DNA of 64,000 nucleotides from Parachlamydiales bacterium (GTDB lineage Bacteria; Chlamydiota; Chlamydiia; Chlamydiales; Rhabdochlamydiaceae): NCBI GenBank assembly GCA_963705295.1, contig OY970065.1, positions 768,001 to 832,000 of the forward strand, read 5' to 3'. Shown piece by piece: positions 58,252 to 64,000 of this stretch (position 1 is its first letter; each line of letters starts with the position of its first letter). The notes under the pieces were generated by a model. It saw only the letters and a program-made list of their open reading frames with translations, ran no database searches and was not told where the DNA came from. The position numbers and the translations under genes were made by a program.

Positions 58252-59949
58252 TTAATTTGACATTTGTTGTTTGATGGATTGGAGGAGTTCATCGAGTGTT
58301 CGGTTGCAATGGTCGAGCCCTTCTTCGACGGTAGGTTTAGATGCATGGGTGGATAAATAGGCTTTAACTTTCGGTTCGGTTCCTGAGGGTCGAATGATGA
58401 TTTTGCTGTCGTCTTCAAGACGGAAAATGAGGACGTCTGCGCTGGGTAGATCGAGGTTGTTTTTCTGGAGTAAGTCTTGGATTGAGATGACTTTTTTTCC
58501 GGCGATGATGGTGGGGGGATTTGTCCGGAATTTTTTCATGAGGGAATGGATTTTGTCAAAACCGGCTTTACTATCTTCAAACGTTTGTGAAAATTGCCTC
58601 TCTCTAAAGACGCCAAATTTTTGGTAGATTTCATGGAGGAGATCGACGAGGGTTTTCCCAGAGGTTTTCAATTTGTATGTCATTTCAGCAAATAAACAAC
58701 CTGCAATAATTCCATCTTTGTCCCGGGCGTACGTTCCGTAAAGACATCCGTACGATTCTTCAGCACCGAAGATGAAATGGTATCCATTTTTATCTAGTTC
58801 CCACTCATGGATTTTCTCGCCAATATATTTAAACCCGGTTAAAACTTCGAAGCAAGGGATGGAAAACGCATCGGCAATTTTTTTCAAGATTTCGGTGGTT
58901 ACAATGGTTGTTACAAGGGCGCCGCGAGGAGGCATTTTCTTTTGCTCTGTCAAGGTTTGGCAGATGAAATAGGCTGCAAGGGTTGCCATTTCGTTCCCAG
59001 TGAATGAAAACGGTTTGCCTTGATGCCAAACAACGACCCCCAAACGGTCGGCATCGGGGTCGGTTGCGATGAGGAGATCGGTTTTATTCTGGATGAGGTG
59101 ATCGATACCGGCTTTCATGGCTTCGGGATATTCTGGATTGGGAAAACGGACGGTTGGAAAATCCCCATCGATGACGGTTTGAGGGGTCACTAAAAGGGGA
59201 TCTGGAAAACCCCAACGGTTTAAAGCTTGGGGCATGAGGGTGATTCCGGTGCCATGAAGGCTTGTGTATGAGATTTTCAAAGGTTTTTCACCGGGGAAAA
59301 ATTGGAGTGCTGCCACTGCACCCAGATAAGCTTGATCAATCGAAGGATCGACTCGTGTAATGAGAGGATCATCCAAATTGGCAAGTTTGATTTCTTTGGG
59401 CGTGGTGATTGATTCGACTTCTTGGATAATGCCCGTGTCGTGTGGGGGAACGACTTGGGCTCCATCTTCCCAGTAGACTTTGTATCCATTGTACTCTTTG
59501 GGATTATGGGAGGCTGTGATCATCACACCTGCTCCCGCTTTCAGATGGCGACACGAAAACGAGATGAAAGGTGTCGGCCGAAGCTGACGGAGAAGATAAA
59601 CGGGGATTTTATTCCCTGCTAAAACCTTAGCGGTCTCGTGAGCAAATTCTTCCGAATGGTGCCTGCTATCAAAGCCAATGACAACCCCTTTGGACTGATT
59701 TTTGGCCTTAATCATGTACTGGGCAAGACCCTGGGTGGTTCTTCGGATGGTATAAATATTCATCCGGTTTGTTCCGACACCCATGATACCACGCAAGCCA
59801 CCCGTCCCGAAACCGAGGTCTGTAAAAAACGCATCGGTGAGTTGCTGTGGATGGTCCCAAAGACGTTTAACTTCCTCGCGCGTTTGCGCGTCATAGTAGG
59901 GATCTTCAAGCCAAGGACGTGCCCTTTTTTCGATGGCTGGATCGATCAT
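58252..59949 (-). CDS. Phosphoglucomutase/phosphomannomutase
   Basis: FGTGGLRG, ITASHNP, DPDADR, GAEESYG, RPSGTEPK. Confidence 0.95.
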   Translation of the reverse strand: MIDPAIEKRARPWLEDPYYDAQTREEVKRLWDHPQQLTDAFFTDLGFGTGGLRGIMGVGTNRMNIYTIRRTTQGLAQYMIKAKNQSKGVVIGFDSRHHSEEFAHETAKVLAGNKIPVYLLRQLRPTPFISFSCRHLKAGAGVMITASHNPKEYNGYKVYWEDGAQVVPPHDTGIIQEVESITTPKEIKLANLDDPLITRVDPSIDQAYLGAVAALQFFPGEKPLKISYTSLHGTGITLMPQALNRWGFPDPLLVTPQTVIDGDFPTVRFPNPEYPEAMKAGIDHLIQNKTDLLIATDPDADRLGVVVWHQGKPFSFTGNEMATLAAYFICQTLTEQKKMPPRGALVTTIVTTEILKKIADAFSIPCFEVLTGFKYIGEKIHEWELDKNGYHFIFGAEESYGCLYGTYARDKDGIIAGCLFAEMTYKLKTSGKTLVDLLHEIYQKFGVFRERQFSQTFEDSKAGFDKIHSLMKKFRTNPPTIIAGKKVISIQDLLQKNNLDLPSADVLIFRLEDDSKIIIRPSGTEPKVKAYLSTHASKPTVEEGLDHCNRTLDELLQSIKQQMSN

Positions 59950-60344
59950 TCGAGAGACTCACCGATGGTTTTGAAAGAAACAAGGGGAGCATCCTCGTGG
60001 TCGATCCCTTCACACCGCCGGGCGGTTTCTTTCCAGGCTTCTTTGGATTCAAGATTATCTTTCCACCAAGGGAACGTTTGACATTGTTTAGGCCGAACGG
60101 GATAAATTTGACACCGCTTTTCTTTCAAAAATACACAATCATACGAGATCTTTTTCTCATTGAGAGAATACCTTCCAAAAACAAACCGTGTATATTTTTT
60201 CAAAAACTCTTCCTGGGAAATTTCTAAATAGGCAGAGATTTTTTCGATATCAGCAGGGGAAAGCCAGACATAACCGGGTTCTTTTGTACAACATTCTCCG
60301 CAACCTGTGCATTTGAAGCGAAGCCCCTTCTTATACCAACTCAT
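59946..60344 (-). CDS. YkgJ-family Cys-cluster protein
   Basis: CTGCGECC, CVFL, CQIYPVRPKQCQTFP. Confidence 0.9.
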   Translation of the reverse strand: MSWYKKGLRFKCTGCGECCTKEPGYVWLSPADIEKISAYLEISQEEFLKKYTRFVFGRYSLNEKKISYDCVFLKEKRCQIYPVRPKQCQTFPWWKDNLESKEAWKETARRCEGIDHEDAPLVSFKTIGESLE

Positions 60345-61266
60345 ATGTCTCCTGACATATACCGTTCCACCCTTTTTCTTCCCAAGAGTAAACTTTTAAT
60401 GAGAGATTACCTGGTGATAAATCGAGCCGATGCCAATGACTCGCGAACTTCTGAGCAATCGATCCGGGATCAAAAATGATGGGTAAATGGCTTTCTCTTA
60501 AATCTGCAATGCACCGACGGTGCGTATGCCCATGACAATAGAGTTTGATATTAGGAAAGCGGGCAATCAATTGACGAAGGTGCTCCCCTCTTTTAAGCCG
60601 TTTCCGGTAATGCTCGTGTTGAAAAAACGGAAAGTGATTGAAAAGAGCCACATTTTGATCATTGGGAAGCTGCAGGAGAAATTCATTCAAATAATGTTCT
60701 GTTTTTTCAGAGAAAAAACCGGATGACTCAACCCACGAAGTGGCAATGGCTGTATCCAAGCCGACCAAAATCCAGGAGTTGGAGAGTCGGTAAGAGGCAA
60801 TTCCATGTTCTTTTAAGTTATAGGGAGGTTCCCATCCAGATTGGAAATAATCGTAGAAGAGTTGGGATGCATGAGCTTTTCGCGTGTACTGGTCGTGATT
60901 TCCTGGAATGCAAAAGACTTTCAAACCGTGTTTTTCAAGTTCTTTTACAAATTTTAATGCTTTTTCGAATTCTGCGGGTGATGAAGTCGTCGTCAGATCT
61001 CCTGTGATAACGACGTGTGTGATCCCTTCCTTTCTTAAAAAACTAGGCAGATCGTCTAACATTTCATGAGAAAAATCTTTCCTTCTTCCTAGCAAGAAAT
61101 TCAGATTTCCAAGCCATCTTTTGGAAAAAAATTGCGACGGATTCCAATCCCAGCTAGAAAAGTGGAGATCGGACAGATGTGCGACCACTATTTCTTTTTC
61201 TTGGCTAGATGACGCGACAAGGTTTTTTTCTGGGCGATGTTTTGTTTTTCTATTGTCTTGATCCAC
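60331..61266 (-). CDS. Calcineurin-like metallophosphoesterase
   Basis: SDLH, TGDL, PGNHD, HFP, GHTH. Confidence 0.9.
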   Translation of the reverse strand: MDQDNRKTKHRPEKNLVASSSQEKEIVVAHLSDLHFSSWDWNPSQFFSKRWLGNLNFLLGRRKDFSHEMLDDLPSFLRKEGITHVVITGDLTTTSSPAEFEKALKFVKELEKHGLKVFCIPGNHDQYTRKAHASQLFYDYFQSGWEPPYNLKEHGIASYRLSNSWILVGLDTAIATSWVESSGFFSEKTEHYLNEFLLQLPNDQNVALFNHFPFFQHEHYRKRLKRGEHLRQLIARFPNIKLYCHGHTHRRCIADLRESHLPIIFDPGSIAQKFASHWHRLDLSPGNLSLKVYSWEEKGWNGICQETYELV

Positions 61267-61556
61267 CGTCTTCCTTCGATATGAACGATTTGAGGGGGAG
61301 ATTGCTCGTTGACAGTCGCTGCAGTTGCTCTCTTTGAATGGGGCCGTTTATCTTTTGTCTTTTTAATATCGATTTTTTTGGTGATCGATTTGAGAAGAGC
61401 TTTATTCGTTTCCCGCTGTTTCTGGAATCTAGACAGAAGTGGCTGGGGTGTGGTAAGCTTTGAAGGAGCAGGTTCTGGAAGAAGTGTTGCAGAACGTAGT
61501 TCTTTTTTCATTTTTTTCTGGGCTTTAGCAGTAAGGGGAAATTTAGACCGATTCAT
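61188..61556 (-). CDS. Basic hypothetical protein
   Basis: AGGAG SD before ATG; Lys/Arg-rich; overlaps the 5' end of the metallophosphoesterase ORF. Confidence 0.5.
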   Translation of the reverse strand: MNRSKFPLTAKAQKKMKKELRSATLLPEPAPSKLTTPQPLLSRFQKQRETNKALLKSITKKIDIKKTKDKRPHSKRATAATVNEQSPPQIVHIEGRRWIKTIEKQNIAQKKTLSRHLAKKKK

Positions 61557-61592
61557 TTTAATTCTCCTGTTGGATGTTTAATTATAGAGAAA

Positions 61593-63161
61593 ATGTTTAA
61601 AAATTACCAGGAATTCATACCCAAATCGTATCATTGTTTAAAGCACTATTCAACTTCTATTTTTAAAAGAGATTTAATAGCAGGGGTTACCGTTGGAATT
61701 GTTTCGATTCCGCTGGCGATGGCGTTCGCCATGGCTTCCGGAGTCCCCCCAGAAAGAGGGCTTTTTACAGCGATAATAGCCGGTTTTCTCATTTCATTTT
61801 TAGGGGGGAGCCGTGTCCAGATAGGAGGCCCTACGGGGGCTTTTGTTGTTATTGTCTATAGTGTTGTTGAAAGACAGGGTTATGACGGGCTGGTTTTGGC
61901 CACCTTAATGGCGGGGATATTATTGGTTATAATGGGTTTTTTCCGCTTAGGATCGCTCATTAAATTTATTCCTCACCCTTTAGTGGTTGGTTTCACAACG
62001 GGAATTGCACTGGTCGTTTTCTCATCCCAAATCAAAGATTTATTTGGTCTTAAGCTGGCTCAGGTGCCTGTCCAATTTTTAGATAAATGGGCTGCCTATT
62101 TCAAAGCGGCTCCAACCTTTCATTTAGGAGCAGCTCTTGTGGGTCTTGCCACCCTTCTGCTCATTGTTCTTTTACGCCGTTTTTTTCCGAAAATCCCTTG
62201 GGGGATTGCCGGTATTGTTATCGCAACAGCTTTTTGTTGGCTCTTATCGGTCGATGTTCCAACTATTTTTTCCCGTTTTGGGGAGCTGCCCAGGACATTG
62301 CCCAGTCCGTCTCTTACTGTTGATTGGAGTCGGATCATGAGTCTCATTCCTGATGGGATAACAATTGCACTTTTGGCGGGAATTGAATCACTTCTCTGTG
62401 CGGTCATTTCAGATTCAGCCATAGGAACCCGTCATAAACCCAATTGTGAATTGGTCGCTCAAGGGTTTGCCAATATTGCTTCGATTTTTTTTGGTGGAAT
62501 ACCCGCAACAGCTGCCATTGCCCGCACTGCGACGAATGTTCGAACCGGCGGTCGAACTCCGGTTGCAGGGATGATCCATGCTGCTGTCGTCTTTCTCATT
62601 TTATGGAGCTGTTCAAAGGTCGTGGGTCATATCCCTCTGGCTTCTCTTTCTGCCATTCTCATCATGGTAGCGTGGAATATGAGCGAGCTCCCTCATTTCA
62701 TCAGGCTTTTAAAAACATCTAAAGGGGATGTTGCGATTCTCCTTGCAGCTTTTTTCCTAACGGTGCTTGTCGATTTAACGGTCGCTGTTGAAGTCGGCAT
62801 GATCCTCACCGCTTTTATTTTTATGAAAAGGATGAGCACTATCGAACACGTCATCTCTCTGGTGGAAAAAAATCGTGAGAAGGGTATCGAGATTTACAAA
62901 ATGCGTGGTCCCCTCTTTTTTGGTGTGACAGATCGACTGAAAGATCTTTTGCACGAGATGAAAGATCCGCCCAAGATTTTTGTTCTAAAAATGGAGCATG
63001 TTCCCGTTGTCGATGCGACAGCATTGCAGACCCTCAGGGAATTGCACGATCGTTTAAAAAACCACAAGACAACATTTGTTCTGACCGAAGTTCAAAAAGA
63101 ACCTGCAGAGTCTCTCCATAAATATGGCCTAGGTCATCTCATTTCCGATCAAGACTTCTGA
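61593..63161 (+). CDS. SulP-family anion transporter with STAS domain
   Basis: DLIAGVTVGIV.IPLAMAFA, GGPTGAF, GPLFFG, VDATA. Confidence 0.93.
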   Translation: MFKNYQEFIPKSYHCLKHYSTSIFKRDLIAGVTVGIVSIPLAMAFAMASGVPPERGLFTAIIAGFLISFLGGSRVQIGGPTGAFVVIVYSVVERQGYDGLVLATLMAGILLVIMGFFRLGSLIKFIPHPLVVGFTTGIALVVFSSQIKDLFGLKLAQVPVQFLDKWAAYFKAAPTFHLGAALVGLATLLLIVLLRRFFPKIPWGIAGIVIATAFCWLLSVDVPTIFSRFGELPRTLPSPSLTVDWSRIMSLIPDGITIALLAGIESLLCAVISDSAIGTRHKPNCELVAQGFANIASIFFGGIPATAAIARTATNVRTGGRTPVAGMIHAAVVFLILWSCSKVVGHIPLASLSAILIMVAWNMSELPHFIRLLKTSKGDVAILLAAFFLTVLVDLTVAVEVGMILTAFIFMKRMSTIEHVISLVEKNREKGIEIYKMRGPLFFGVTDRLKDLLHEMKDPPKIFVLKMEHVPVVDATALQTLRELHDRLKNHKTTFVLTEVQKEPAESLHKYGLGHLISDQDF

Positions 63162-64000
63162 AAGCAAGATGATCCCCGCAGAAGATATGGCGTATTGAAG
63201 ACTATTTTTTGCAACCTTACACGGATCGACAACGCCCGAAGCGATGAGATCTTCGACTTTTTCCGTTTGGACATTGAATCCCCAGGGTCCCTTTTTTGAA
63301 AGAATCTCTTCCAGCAAAGTAGAAGGATCAAATCCGGCGTTGGTGACGATTTGACGAAAGGGAGCTTCGCAAGCTTTTAAAACAATTTGGAAACCGGTCA
63401 GTTCGTCATCTTTCAGTTTAAGTTCCGAAGCCAAGGAAGATTTTAAAAGAGCGATTCCTCCGCCGGGGACTATCCCTTCTTCCAGGGCCGCCTTTGTCGA
63501 GTTGAGACTGTCTTGAAAAACCTGTTTTCGCTGGTGCAGCTCTGGTTCGGTGAAGGCTCCCACTCGAATGACAGCGACACCGCCAGAAAGTTTTGCTTTC
63601 CGCTCGAGGAGTTTCTCTTTATCATAAGAACTGTCAACTTTTTGATACTCTTGATCAATTTGTTGAATACGAGATTCGATGTTTTTTCGATCTCCTTTTC
63701 CGCCGATTAAAGTCGTTTTTTCTTTTGTAACGACCACTTTTTCGGCACTTCCTAAGCTGGTGATGTCGATTTCTTTCAAAGACATCCCTTTCTCTTCCGA
63801 AATAACGGTTCCACCTGTCAAAATCGCAATATCTTCGAGAAGAGCTTTACGCTTGTCTCCAAACCCGGGAGCTTTAATCGCGCAAACTTTCAATGTTCCG
63901 CGTAGTTTATTGATGACGAGGGTCGATAAAGCATCCCCCTCAATATCATCGGCAATGATGAGAAGTTCTTCACCTGTGCTAGCAATGGTTTGGAGCAAGG
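63129..64000 (-). CDS. groEL: Chaperonin GroEL paralog (5'-truncated by window edge; no GGM tail)
   Basis: KAPGFGDKRK, KLSGGVAVI, EGIVPGGG, VVDP.KV. Confidence 0.9.
   Translation of the reverse strand, partial: LLQTIASTGEELLIIADDIEGDALSTLVINKLRGTLKVCAIKAPGFGDKRKALLEDIAILTGGTVISEEKGMSLKEIDITSLGSAEKVVVTKEKTTLIGGKGDRKNIESRIQQIDQEYQKVDSSYDKEKLLERKAKLSGGVAVIRVGAFTEPELHQRKQVFQDSLNSTKAALEEGIVPGGGIALLKSSLASELKLKDDELTGFQIVLKACEAPFRQIVTNAGFDPSTLLEEILSKKGPWGFNVQTEKVEDLIASGVVDPCKVAKNSLQYAISSAGIILLSEVLIGNEMT

Overview
This is a compact, gene-dense region of an environmental Chlamydiota (Chlamydiae)-type chromosome. The assignment is inferred from chlamydial gene order: hrcA-grpE-dnaK; serS/VIT1-like/P1B-ATPase; ftsK-yycJ; comEC-ptsH-ptsI-ybaB-dnaX; fused E1 alpha/beta; UPF0158. 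Several accessory modules are interspersed. (i) A head-to-head pair of membrane-anchored NB-ARC(STAND)-TPR NLR-like genes is separated by a 163-bp palindromic element that lies between a Shine-Dalgarno and the start codon of one gene. (ii) A tandem pair of ~1100-aa effector-like proteins has an ankyrin + ADP-ribosyltransferase-like (HGT..Y..E) + SidE-PDE-like HD architecture, with homogenised 3' ends; this is the best candidate for an undescribed system. (iii) There are LRR, BTB-BACK, Inc-like and HDxYH effector candidates. (iv) An acetyltransferase/methyltransferase/glycosyltransferase operon encodes products with apparent signal peptides. (v) A class E-like group II intron is inserted in a long hairpin and its RT ORF has about 7 +1 frameshifts. 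(vi) There is an AlbA/Schlafen-ATPase-HTH gene with a decamer tandem repeat. Also present are tRNA-His, a CIRCE box, two REP-like palindromes and several promoters positioned for leaderless mRNAs. All calls come from reading motifs by eye; no database searches were run.
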